From the IMG/VR virus record IMGVR_UViG_3300034200_001961: a DNA stretch of 64,000 nucleotides; one strand, written 5' to 3'. The stretch is from an uncultured virus (IMG/VR IMGVR_UViG_3300034200_001961). Its lineage: Duplodnaviria > Heunggongvirae > Uroviricota > Caudoviricetes. A program made the position numbers and the translations under genes. The notes below the pieces were generated by a model. That model was given only the letters and a program-made list of their open reading frames with translations. It was not told the origin of the DNA and ran no database searches. Below, in pieces: positions 56,269 to 64,000 of this stretch (position 1 is the first letter of the stretch; every line of letters begins with the position of its first letter).

Positions 56269-57069
56269 ATGAACTTCTGGCGCTTGCAGCCCTTCATCAC
56301 GGCCGCGCCATCGGACCAGCTGGTGCGATTTACTCATGGCAATTCCAAATTGCCGAACTCGACCATGATCCTTTCCCTGCCCGCCGGCCACACCTGCCCC
56401 GGCGCCAAGGACTGCCTCACCCGCGTCCCTCGCGACGGCGGTTCTGCCTGGACCTCGCCGGGCTTGAACTTCGCTTGCTATGCCGCGTCCCAGGAGCGCT
56501 ACCGCTCAACCGTGCGGAACCTCCGCTGGCGCAACTTCGACCTGCTGGCTTCACTCAACAGCTACGACATCACGGCCAACCTGGCCACGGCTTTCTTCCA
56601 GCAGCGCCGCTCCTTCACTAAGCGAGTCAGATTCTTCGAGAGCGGCGACGCCTTCAAGCCTGAGCTGGCCTCCGCCATCACAACATTCGCTTGGGCGATC
56701 GAGCCCATGGTCGTCTACCTCTATTCCAAGGCCCTGCCCTTCTGGGTCAGCCAGGACATTCCCGCCAACCTCCGCATCACCGCCAGCTGGGGCGGCCGCT
56801 TTGACCGCCTGATCACCGACCACTTCCCAAGAAGCGCGCGAGTGGTGCAAACTGAAGCAGAAGCGTGCAGCCTGGGTCTTCCTCTGGACTTTGACGACAG
56901 CTACGCCTACCAGGACGAGCCCGTCCACTTCGCCCACCTGGTGCACGGGTGGCAGCCCAAGGGCTCAGGCGCCGCCAACGCCATCAACGCCCGCCGGACC
57001 GCCGGAGAGTTCACTGGCTACGGCGCTTCCAATTCCAATCCCCATCGATCCCTCGCCCCCTCATGCTGA
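56269..57069 (+). CDS. GP88-like (radical-SAM-related) protein
   Basis: GNSKL...SLPAGHTCPGAKDC...CYA, RFFESGD, YLYSK, NLRITASWGG. Confidence 0.7.
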   Translation: MNFWRLQPFITAAPSDQLVRFTHGNSKLPNSTMILSLPAGHTCPGAKDCLTRVPRDGGSAWTSPGLNFACYAASQERYRSTVRNLRWRNFDLLASLNSYDITANLATAFFQQRRSFTKRVRFFESGDAFKPELASAITTFAWAIEPMVVYLYSKALPFWVSQDIPANLRITASWGGRFDRLITDHFPRSARVVQTEAEACSLGLPLDFDDSYAYQDEPVHFAHLVHGWQPKGSGAANAINARRTAGEFTGYGASNSNPHRSLAPSC

Positions 57070-57440
57070 AGACCGAGATCTCTTCCAAGATTCCCCTGCT
57101 CCTGGGCCTTTCTGCGCCCCCCATCAAGGACCAGGTCGAGAGCCAGGGGCTCACCCTGCTCAATCACGAACTCTGGGAGCGTCGCCACACCGCCATGAAC
57201 CTGCTGAACATTGGCGGCTTCCTGACCGCGATTGAAGTCGAGCGCATCGCTCAGCGCTTGATGACAGGTATCTGCCAGGACGCCTACTTCGAGGAAGCCG
57301 TCCGCGAGGTAGAGGCGGAGGCCGCGGCCGAAGCCGCCCCTGCTGCTCCCGCCCCGCCTTTGCCCCACCAGGAGTGGAGCGCCGGGGAGCTTGATGCTTA
57401 CCTCGCCGACGAGGGGCATCTCCCAAGGCAGGGGCAATGA
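57063..57440 (+). CDS. Hypothetical protein
   Basis: 125 aa, overlaps the upstream stop. Confidence 0.6.
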   Translation: MLKTEISSKIPLLLGLSAPPIKDQVESQGLTLLNHELWERRHTAMNLLNIGGFLTAIEVERIAQRLMTGICQDAYFEEAVREVEAEAAAEAAPAAPAPPLPHQEWSAGELDAYLADEGHLPRQGQ

Positions 57441-57925
57441 GCGCCAACGCGCAAAAGCACCCCCTCCGCGTCGGCCAAATTCTCTACCGCTACCAGGACC
57501 AGGTCGTTGCTTGCGACAACTGGGACCACCCTGGTTTCATCTACTCCCTGGGCGGCCACGTCGAGGTCTACTGCATCGAGGGCCGCGTTGACCGTTTGAC
57601 CCTCAAGGGCGCCCACGTCAAGTTCCCCGACTACATCAACGATCGCTGGATCTCGGCAAGCGCCCGCAAGCGTTTCGCCTATCCCACGATGGCGGAGGCC
57701 TGGGAGTCCTACCAGGCCCGCAAGCGCTGCCAGTGCGAGCACCTCAAGCGCCAGCTGCTGCGTGCCGAGGCGGCGTTCGCTCTTGAGCAGCCGGCGGCTA
57801 CGGCGGCTCAGGAGCTTGCGGGGCAGGTTCTTCCGCGTGCTATCTCGGAGGATGACAATGCCTTCTTTGATGACCTTTGTTTTCGGCAAGGGCAAATACG
57901 ATTGTTACTCCCACCGAGCACATGA
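57437..57925 (+). CDS. Hypothetical phage protein
   Basis: RLTLKGAHV...RKRFAYPTMAEAWESY pattern. Confidence 0.65.
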   Translation: MSANAQKHPLRVGQILYRYQDQVVACDNWDHPGFIYSLGGHVEVYCIEGRVDRLTLKGAHVKFPDYINDRWISASARKRFAYPTMAEAWESYQARKRCQCEHLKRQLLRAEAAFALEQPAATAAQELAGQVLPRAISEDDNAFFDDLCFRQGQIRLLLPPST

Positions 57926-58245
57926 GCGCAACTCCCAGCCTGACAGAAGACACTGATTTCGTGCGGAGTAACGGCTACGTGCTCGATCCCGCCAGGGATC
58001 TTGAGCGCTTTACGCTCATGCAGTACAGCGCAATGGAATGGCACCTGCAACACAATCTCTACCCGCCGATGGACCGCCGCTTGGCCACGCCATGCCTTGA
58101 GGCCATCGAGCACTTCCGCCAAGGCAATCCTGACGCTCCAATTACAATCAACGGAGCGACCGAGATCAAGGGCAAGCCGATTACGGCGTCCTTGTTGATA
58201 GAGGATCTTGCGCTTGGCGATTTTCTGGTCTCCTGCACTGACTAA
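57922..58245 (+). CDS. Hypothetical protein
   Basis: WHLQHNLYPP pattern, ATGA-coupled. Confidence 0.6.
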   Translation: MSATPSLTEDTDFVRSNGYVLDPARDLERFTLMQYSAMEWHLQHNLYPPMDRRLATPCLEAIEHFRQGNPDAPITINGATEIKGKPITASLLIEDLALGDFLVSCTD

Positions 58246-58280
58246 CGCGCCGATTCTCTTCACGTTTTCGTCCCCGCCCC

Positions 58281-58562
58281 ATGCACGCCCCCATCAAAGC
58301 CTGCTCTTTCCTTTCAGTTTCCGACGTCCTGTCCTCTCACCTCACGACGCAGGGGGAGCAAGATCAGTTCTGGAAACTCTATCTCGACGGCCTACCTTAC
58401 TGCCGCTACGGTGACGGCTTCCTGAGCCTGATACCCGCTAAGAAATTTGCCGATAACTGTCAAGATCGACTAGGTCACCGCGGAAAGACCTGGACGGACT
58501 TCCTGCAAGAGGTCCGTGCCATTGGGCGCCTCGAGGGGCTCTACGTCGACCTTGAGTCCTGA
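58281..58562 (+). CDS. Hypothetical protein
   Basis: 93 aa ending LYVDLES. Confidence 0.6.
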   Translation: MHAPIKACSFLSVSDVLSSHLTTQGEQDQFWKLYLDGLPYCRYGDGFLSLIPAKKFADNCQDRLGHRGKTWTDFLQEVRAIGRLEGLYVDLES

Positions 58563-58574
58563 CCACTCGCCACA

Positions 58575-58790
58575 GTGAGCCCACCCCTCGAATCCATCAC
58601 TGTCTCCGGCCACGAGCTGATGTCCTTCTACCATCAGCTCCGGCTGATGACCGCCGGCGAATCCCTCGCCGAGCCCAACGCCGTCTCTCTCCTCAACGAA
58701 AGAGCAGGCGTGCGCCGCGGGAGCCACTACTGGCTTGAGGCCTTAGGCCCCGCTTATGACTCTATGACTTCTGGAGGAACTGCACCATGA
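58575..58790 (+). CDS. Small hypothetical protein
   Basis: 71 aa, coupled to the next gene. Confidence 0.5.
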   Translation: MSPPLESITVSGHELMSFYHQLRLMTAGESLAEPNAVSLLNERAGVRRGSHYWLEALGPAYDSMTSGGTAP

Positions 58791-59218
58791 CCTTTGATCC
58801 TGACAGCATCACGCCATCGGAAGAGTTACTGGAAGAGTGTATTTCAAACCCAGGAAGCATTGGAAGAGATTGCACCCTTGCCGCCCGCTGGGGCGCCGCC
58901 CAGGCCGTCAAGGCGCTGCGGCATCAGTGGCCTGAGCCGATTACGGATCGGCCGCCGGCTGAAGAGGATGCGGATGAATGTGGATTCGTTCAGTATCTTT
59001 TTGCGGGGAAATGGAACTTTGATTCCTGGGATAACGTTGCCAAGAACCAGCACCAGGCCTGGCTCCACACCGCCAACTGGCGCCCGATGCGCGAGCCTAC
59101 GCTGAAGGAGCGGGCGCCGGCGCTGCTGGACAGCAAGGATTTTGACACGGACTTTACCACCGAGCAGATCGCCCTGCTGCGGCAAGTTGTGGAGTCAGCC
59201 CCCGACGCAACCCCATGA
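58787..59218 (+). CDS. Hypothetical protein
   Basis: AARWGA, ITDRPPAEEDAD and PTLKERA motifs recalled from cyanophage small proteins. Confidence 0.6.
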   Translation: MTFDPDSITPSEELLEECISNPGSIGRDCTLAARWGAAQAVKALRHQWPEPITDRPPAEEDADECGFVQYLFAGKWNFDSWDNVAKNQHQAWLHTANWRPMREPTLKERAPALLDSKDFDTDFTTEQIALLRQVVESAPDATP

Positions 59219-59580
59219 GCGCCCCTATGGACCTTGTTGACCTTTTTGTCGGCACCACCTCCTTCCGCCAGGGAGAAGTGGACCGCACTCATCGCGTTTG
59301 GACCTTGCTTGTCCCGCCAGGCAGAGACTTTCGGGTCTCCGTCCATCGCCACCAGAACTACCCGCCTACTCAGTGGCTGGCATCCTGCGAAGCCATGAAC
59401 ATCAACTGCCTCAAGCTCGCTGCAGTCGACGCCCCCGCTGCCAAGCTGGAGGCGCTGCACGCCATCGGCGACATCCTTGCGAATCGCCTCAAGCGCATCA
59501 ACAGCGCACTGGCACTAATGAACCCGGATCCGGATGCCACAGTTCCACTTGAGGCATCCCCTCCGCCGCCATCCGATTAA
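59215..59580 (+). CDS. Hypothetical protein
   Basis: 121 aa, ATGA-coupled. Confidence 0.6.
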   Translation: MSAPMDLVDLFVGTTSFRQGEVDRTHRVWTLLVPPGRDFRVSVHRHQNYPPTQWLASCEAMNINCLKLAAVDAPAAKLEALHAIGDILANRLKRINSALALMNPDPDATVPLEASPPPPSD

Positions 59581-59800
59581 GCGATAGCACTAACTCTCGG
59601 GCCCATTCCTCCAGCAGGAGTGGGTTCGTTTGATTCCATTCATGGATGAAATTCCAGCGCCCTCCAGGCAAAGCTTTCAGCTTCACGTCCACTGCGCCGG
59701 GGCGATTGTCCACGTCCCGAACATGCACGATCAACCCTTCCCCAACCCGGAAGGTCGGACCCATGGCCAGCAGCTCGGGGAGAACCACGAAGGCGGCCAT
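59498..59800 (-). CDS. Possible antisense hypothetical protein
   Basis: MAAFVVLPELLAMG..., CTAGCCT motif 22 nt upstream; 3' end overlaps the + strand gene. Confidence 0.35.
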   Translation of the reverse strand: MAAFVVLPELLAMGPTFRVGEGLIVHVRDVDNRPGAVDVKLKALPGGRWNFIHEWNQTNPLLLEEWARELVLSLNRMAAEGMPQVELWHPDPGSLVPVRC

Positions 59801-60090
59801 CGTGATCAATGCAGTTGCAACCAGGCTAGTCCAAGAGCGCCGTCTCCAACTCGCCGCAAGCTTGCTGACAGGCGGCAGCCATAGGGTCTACCTTGGCTGT
59901 CCTGCCTCCCACCGGCTTCCATGCGACAGCGCGCCGTGCTGATTCGTCTTGCCGACGATCAGCCTCTTGAGCCTTCTTGGAATCCCTTGATCGAACCCGG
60001 GGAGCTTGAGAGCAGCAACCAACGCCTGCTCGCCATTGCTAGCCCTTTCCGCTGGCGCTGGCTATACGCCATTCCTTCCCCACACGCACC

Positions 60091-60828
60091 ATGCAGCTGA
60101 ACTGTGAGAGTCGCCTGTTTGCCGTCGGCGCGGACTTTGCTGGCAACTATGCCCCCTATCAGGGAATTTACTTCTGCCCAGGCCCTCGCGGCGTCGGCGT
60201 CATCGCGTCTTCCTCCGATCGCGGGGCACTGACCTTCGTCGGCTATGACGAGTCTGGCACCATCGACGAACCGGTCGTTTTCATTCCCACCAGCGAGCTG
60301 GCCGCCGCCAGTCGGGGGCTCAAGAGCGGCCCGCGCACCTTGAGCATCGACACCGAGACCGGGATCGCTGCGGTTACGACGCCGCTCAAGACCAAGGCCG
60401 GCAAGACCGTCGAGATGTCCGCTCCGCCGGTGAGCACGATTGCCTTCCCGGACGTCCACGGCGTGGTCGCCCGCCTGGTCGCCCACTGGGAGGGCATGGG
60501 CCAGCAAGTGGATGCCTGCGGTCGCTACGACGCCAAGCTGTTGCTGCAGGCCCTGCGCGCCGCCGAGGGACTAGGCGACTCCGTCTCCCTGGTCGGGATG
60601 AGCGGCGGCCCCCTGCTGATCAACATCGAAGCTGCGGTCGAGGACGAGACAGCGAAGAAGAAAACGGTCCGGATGCAAAGCACCGGGCTGCTTTTGATGC
60701 TGATGCCTCAGACAGCACAGCCCGTTCCGCCTCCGCCCGCCTGGGTGCACCGCTGGAGCTTGGACTCACTTGCGTCCGGCGAGATTCGAGACACACGTTG
60801 CACAACGACTACACTGGCTGAGCCCTGA
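60091..60828 (+). CDS. Divergent DNA sliding-clamp (beta-clamp-like) protein
   Basis: YQGIYF, ASSSDRGAL, FPDVHGVV, YDAKLLLQAL, PLLI and LMLMP resemble DnaN domain motifs. Confidence 0.5.
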   Translation: MQLNCESRLFAVGADFAGNYAPYQGIYFCPGPRGVGVIASSSDRGALTFVGYDESGTIDEPVVFIPTSELAAASRGLKSGPRTLSIDTETGIAAVTTPLKTKAGKTVEMSAPPVSTIAFPDVHGVVARLVAHWEGMGQQVDACGRYDAKLLLQALRAAEGLGDSVSLVGMSGGPLLINIEAAVEDETAKKKTVRMQSTGLLLMLMPQTAQPVPPPPAWVHRWSLDSLASGEIRDTRCTTTTLAEP

Positions 60829-60839
60829 CGCTCCCAACC

Positions 60840-61490
60840 TTGAGCACGGCCTCAATTCTCACCAAGATCGCCTCTCGGCCCACGCTAGAGGCGATCTCCG
60901 GCAACGAACTTGCCACCTGCGAGACACTCACGGACGACGCCCAGAAGATCCAGCTTCGGGTCGTTGCCCGGCCTGGCTCTGCCACCGCCAACAGCCTGCT
61001 TGGCCAAGAGGTCGGCAACCTTGTCATCCTGACCGGCGACATCACCCTCGATGGTGATGGCAACTTGCCGGTCATGAACCTGCGCTCCATTTGCAAGGGC
61101 TACCAAGACCAGTTCCTTAACGAGGTGTCCGTGACCGGGCGCCTGTCCGGCCAGGTTCGGGGGGCCGAACAGTCCGATTCTTCGTCCCTGGCGGTCAACC
61201 GCCTGGAGAACGGCGAAGAGAAGGTCGATTGGTTCCGCATCCGCTGCTTTGGCGCCAACCGCGAGCGACTGCTTGACGCCCCCAAAGGAGCCTTGGTCAC
61301 CGCCAGCGGCATCCTTGAGATGCGCACTTCCAAAGAGGGCACCCCCTTTGTGGAAGTCAAGGTTCGAGTCCTGCGCCTCCACGCCAGGGCCCGCGGCCAC
61401 GACGCCGCTGATGGCAAGGAAGCCGCGGGCTACTCCAATGCTGACTTCGACGGCAGCGATGCCCCGCCGATGCCGGCGGACTGGAGTTGA
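60840..61490 (+). CDS. ssb: Single-stranded DNA-binding protein with tandem OB folds
   Basis: LNEVSVTGRL...SLAVNR...VDWFRIRCFG...KGALVTASGIL; acidic tail. Confidence 0.8.
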   Translation: MSTASILTKIASRPTLEAISGNELATCETLTDDAQKIQLRVVARPGSATANSLLGQEVGNLVILTGDITLDGDGNLPVMNLRSICKGYQDQFLNEVSVTGRLSGQVRGAEQSDSSSLAVNRLENGEEKVDWFRIRCFGANRERLLDAPKGALVTASGILEMRTSKEGTPFVEVKVRVLRLHARARGHDAADGKEAAGYSNADFDGSDAPPMPADWS

Positions 61491-61554
61491 ATTTCGCTCC
61501 ATTTTCGCCACCACCGCCCAATCTCGACGCCATTCACGCTTTTTCACTCCTTCC

Positions 61555-61833
61555 ATGGAACAAAACGATTCTTTCGCTGCAGTAATCGCCGACTTCAACG
61601 ACGCGATCGCCACTTGCTCTTCTGACTACAAAGGCAGTGACAGTCCTCACTCCGGGCACCGCTGGTCCCGCCGCAGATGGAATGGCCCAGGCCAATTCAT
61701 CCAGCTGGCTCAACCCGACGTGTTAGATCTTATGACTTTTCCTTTCGTCTTCATTCACACGGTTCAAGGCTATCACATTCCCTGGCTGCCCAGCCAAGGC
61801 GACATGCTGGCCACGGATTGGTACATCGTCTAA
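61555..61833 (+). CDS. tad2: DUF2829 / Tad2-like immune-signal sponge
   Basis: RRRWNGPGQFIQL...MTFPFVFI...PWLPSQGDMLATDWYIV is the DUF2829 signature. Confidence 0.75.
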   Translation: MEQNDSFAAVIADFNDAIATCSSDYKGSDSPHSGHRWSRRRWNGPGQFIQLAQPDVLDLMTFPFVFIHTVQGYHIPWLPSQGDMLATDWYIV

Positions 61834-61896
61834 TCCTGTCTCACGCTCAACTCAATCCACACACCACACTGGTCCCCACCAAAGGACTGAATCCCC

Positions 61897-62616
61897 ATGA
61901 GCATGCTGCCCCCAAACTACAAAGACGCCAAAACCTGCAAGCAGGAGATGAACTCCGGCGGCGATCCCCGCTACATCGACCCCTCTAAGCTCTCCGACGG
62001 CGAGACGATCAACGTGCGCCCTTGCGGCACATACGCTTCCGGGCATGTAATCGGCGGCTTTGAATACTTCTCCGAGACCGCCAAGCGCACTCGCCGCTTC
62101 CCGGAGTTTCCCGAGGAGTATCTCAACGACATCGGTTTGACTTGGGAGGGCAAGAACAAGGGGACCGGCGAGAAGGACCAGCCGAAGTATTTCCTCGCCA
62201 TGACAGTCCTTAGCAAGGAGAGCGGTCAGTTCTCGATTCTGTTCATTCCGCAGCTCAAGCTGCGTGAACAGATGGAGCGCACTTTTGGCATTGAGGATTA
62301 CATGTATGAGGGCGATTCCATTGCCCCTTACTACTTCTCGATCACTCGCACTGGCCTAAAAAAAGACACCGCCTACTACGCCACCCCGGCCCTCAAGCCC
62401 GCCGACCCCGATTCCATCGAGCGCTGGGAAGCGGCCCGCAACGGGATCTGGCTGCCAGCCCTCTTTGACGGCGCCGACCCGTTCGCCGGCAGGCCTGCCA
62501 CGGCCAAGGGCAAGCCTGCCAAAGGCAAGGGCCAACCTCCCGAAGCGACCGACGCCCTCGGCGCCCAGGGCGTTGCTCCCACTGCAGGTGCCCCCGGGGC
62601 GGCTGATAAGTGGTGA
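61897..62616 (+). CDS. Putative phage ssDNA-binding protein (gp32-like)
   Basis: SDGETINVRP, PKYFLAMTV, YFSITRTGLKKDTAYYATP, ALFDGADPF pattern. Confidence 0.55.
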   Translation: MSMLPPNYKDAKTCKQEMNSGGDPRYIDPSKLSDGETINVRPCGTYASGHVIGGFEYFSETAKRTRRFPEFPEEYLNDIGLTWEGKNKGTGEKDQPKYFLAMTVLSKESGQFSILFIPQLKLREQMERTFGIEDYMYEGDSIAPYYFSITRTGLKKDTAYYATPALKPADPDSIERWEAARNGIWLPALFDGADPFAGRPATAKGKPAKGKGQPPEATDALGAQGVAPTAGAPGAADKW

Positions 62617-62690
62617 TGGATCGTGACTTGGCGGCAGCGGCGCGCTTCGCTGACCCCCATGCTATTCGTCAACCTTCAATTCTTCTCCCC

Positions 62691-63086
62691 ATGAACCCTC
62701 AATTCCTCGACCAGGCCACAGCAGCACGCTCCGCTAGGGCCAGCGCTTCGGCGCTCGACCAGTTGTCCGCCTTGCAGGAGACCGCCAAAGGCGCCCTGAT
62801 GTACGGGCTCAGCGGGCTGCCTGTTTCGATTACGACTACCCAGGTGATCTTCGTGCTGCCGGTCACGATCTCTGAGGAGCGCTCCCAGGATGACTACCTC
62901 CAGGCCTGCGACGAGCTGCTGGCTGAAGGGGCCATCGATTACTACCACTTCGTGAATCACACCGATCGCTGCCGCGCCAGCAATGGAAGCATCGACAACC
63001 TCTTCACCATGCTCGCCACCCCGCTGGTCATCGCTGTCCGCAAGCGAAGCGCTTGCTCTACTCGAGTTGGCCCAGCGGCCGGCTGA
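62691..63086 (+). CDS. Hypothetical protein
   Basis: 131 aa, pyrimidine-rich leader. Confidence 0.55.
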   Translation: MNPQFLDQATAARSARASASALDQLSALQETAKGALMYGLSGLPVSITTTQVIFVLPVTISEERSQDDYLQACDELLAEGAIDYYHFVNHTDRCRASNGSIDNLFTMLATPLVIAVRKRSACSTRVGPAAG

Positions 63087-63279
63087 CGTCAAAGCGATAT
63101 TCTCCCGCTGCGACGAGGAGGTGCTCCAGCACGCCTGGGCCCTCCTCGACCCCATCCAGCGGGGGGCCCTGCTTCTCACCCGCGTTTTTCGCGGGTCTTC
63201 TATCATTCTCGACAATTCCAGCTATGCCGACCCCGCAGACTTTGCCGGATCTGGTGAAGATTTTGATCAATCACCTTGA
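62983..63279 (+). CDS. Hypothetical protein
   Basis: 98 aa overlapping both neighbours. Confidence 0.45.
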   Translation: MEASTTSSPCSPPRWSSLSASEALALLELAQRPADVKAIFSRCDEEVLQHAWALLDPIQRGALLLTRVFRGSSIILDNSSYADPADFAGSGEDFDQSP

Positions 63280-63712
63280 AGGCATTGGTAATCATTTGCA
63301 GCTTCAAACCGCCAAGCTGACGGAGATTGCTGACAGCCAGCGAGAGGCGCTAGATCGCCTGAAATCCCTCGACGTCAACATTGACGGGTTCACCGATTCT
63401 GGCGCCAACTTGCGCACTTTCCAGGTCGATCAGTACACGACAGGCTTCTTGTCGCTGCTGGGGCCCTTGCTTTCGGCCAGGCTCAACAAAGAGCTGGGCA
63501 GCCGCTCGATCCCTGACCTCATAAAGGCCTGCGCTCCTCTAACACGAGATGCCCTCGAAGAGATGGGGGCTTACCGCCAGGCCCAGGCAGGCAGGGACCT
63601 GCTTGCCAACACGGCCGGCACGATGGGCGACGCCCGGACAGAGCCCGCCCCCGATCCCAGCTCCGACTGGGACGACCTGGATAGACAGCCCTTCACCCCG
63701 CCGAGCCAATGA
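63224..63712 (+). CDS. Hypothetical protein
   Basis: MPTPQTLPDL..., helical. Confidence 0.6.
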   Translation: MPTPQTLPDLVKILINHLEGIGNHLQLQTAKLTEIADSQREALDRLKSLDVNIDGFTDSGANLRTFQVDQYTTGFLSLLGPLLSARLNKELGSRSIPDLIKACAPLTRDALEEMGAYRQAQAGRDLLANTAGTMGDARTEPAPDPSSDWDDLDRQPFTPPSQ

Positions 63713-64000
63713 ACGAGTCTCAACCCTCCCCACCGAAAACCACCATCGAGGCCATTGGCCAAGACGCTCGCACCATCAAGGTAGCCTTCCAGCGCGATGG
63801 CGGCACCAAGTTCAGCGATGCGCCACTGCCGGGGGCCAGCCGGCCGGAGACCTTGCTTTGCTCTAGCGGCAACTTTTCCGGAACCGGCGACTACTTGAAG
63901 ACCTCTGTTGGCATTCCTGCTTTCGAAGACTGGCCTGACATGACCGTCGACTGGAGGCAAGACCTCCAGGGCAGGATCACCGACGTCCGTTTCACCAGGG
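63709..64000 (+). CDS. Partial hypothetical protein
   Basis: ATGA-coupled start; frame open to the window end. Confidence 0.55.
   Translation, partial: MNESQPSPPKTTIEAIGQDARTIKVAFQRDGGTKFSDAPLPGASRPETLLCSSGNFSGTGDYLKTSVGIPAFEDWPDMTVDWRQDLQGRITDVRFTR

Noticed and set aside
583..61610. HIP1 (GCGATCGC) sites at about 583, 20895, 29305, 34063, 39227 and 61603
   Set aside because: About six copies seen in 64 kb of high-GC DNA is only slightly above chance, so it is not convincing enrichment.
1..64000. Genome-wide TAG reassignment suggested by the amber codon at 43504
   Set aside because: TAG ends other genes at sensible boundaries (25608, 28540, 36952, 56189), and long genes are not fragmented.
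1..64000. tRNA or rRNA genes
   Set aside because: No cloverleaf with a T-loop GTTCRA in intergenic DNA was recognised by eye; tRNAscan-SE/ARAGORN would be needed to exclude them fully.

Overview
64 kb of a high-GC tailed dsDNA phage genome. The host is probably a Synechococcus/Cyanobium-type cyanobacterium, inferred from a cyanophage-type RGQGR peptide, the lysin linker domain and mostly SD-less pyrimidine-rich leaders. The left part (1-34.5 kb) is the virion/late module: major capsid protein, a divergent pair of degenerate LAGLIDADG genes, large tail/receptor-binding proteins (LamG-like and beta-rich), a lysozyme-like/M15 peptidase endolysin, portal overlapping a scaffold-like gene, terminase, and about ten Gly/Ala-rich putative ejection proteins. 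An AT-rich palindromic non-coding switch (about 34.5-35.3 kb) is followed by a + strand early/accessory region of small ORFs: DUF4326, DnaQ exonuclease, Gp157, DUF932, GHKL-ATPase/HEXXH, GP88-like, clamp-like and three SSB-like proteins. Main points of interest: (i) a cassette-like array in which each first early gene is preceded by the same ~80-90 bp two-hairpin element; (ii) two immune-signal sponge homologues, Tad1-like fused to an unknown WFANA domain and Tad2/DUF2829-like; (iii) two LAGLIDADG proteins lacking a catalytic acid beside a palindrome at the capsid promoter; (iv) a shared YYAGVHT motif upstream of late genes, also marking two antisense genes in the early region; (v) a 485-nt portal/scaffold overlap and an in-frame amber codon in an otherwise continuous gene. 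No tRNA, rRNA, CRISPR array, integrase or reverse transcriptase was recognised. All family calls come from motif recognition by eye, not database searches.
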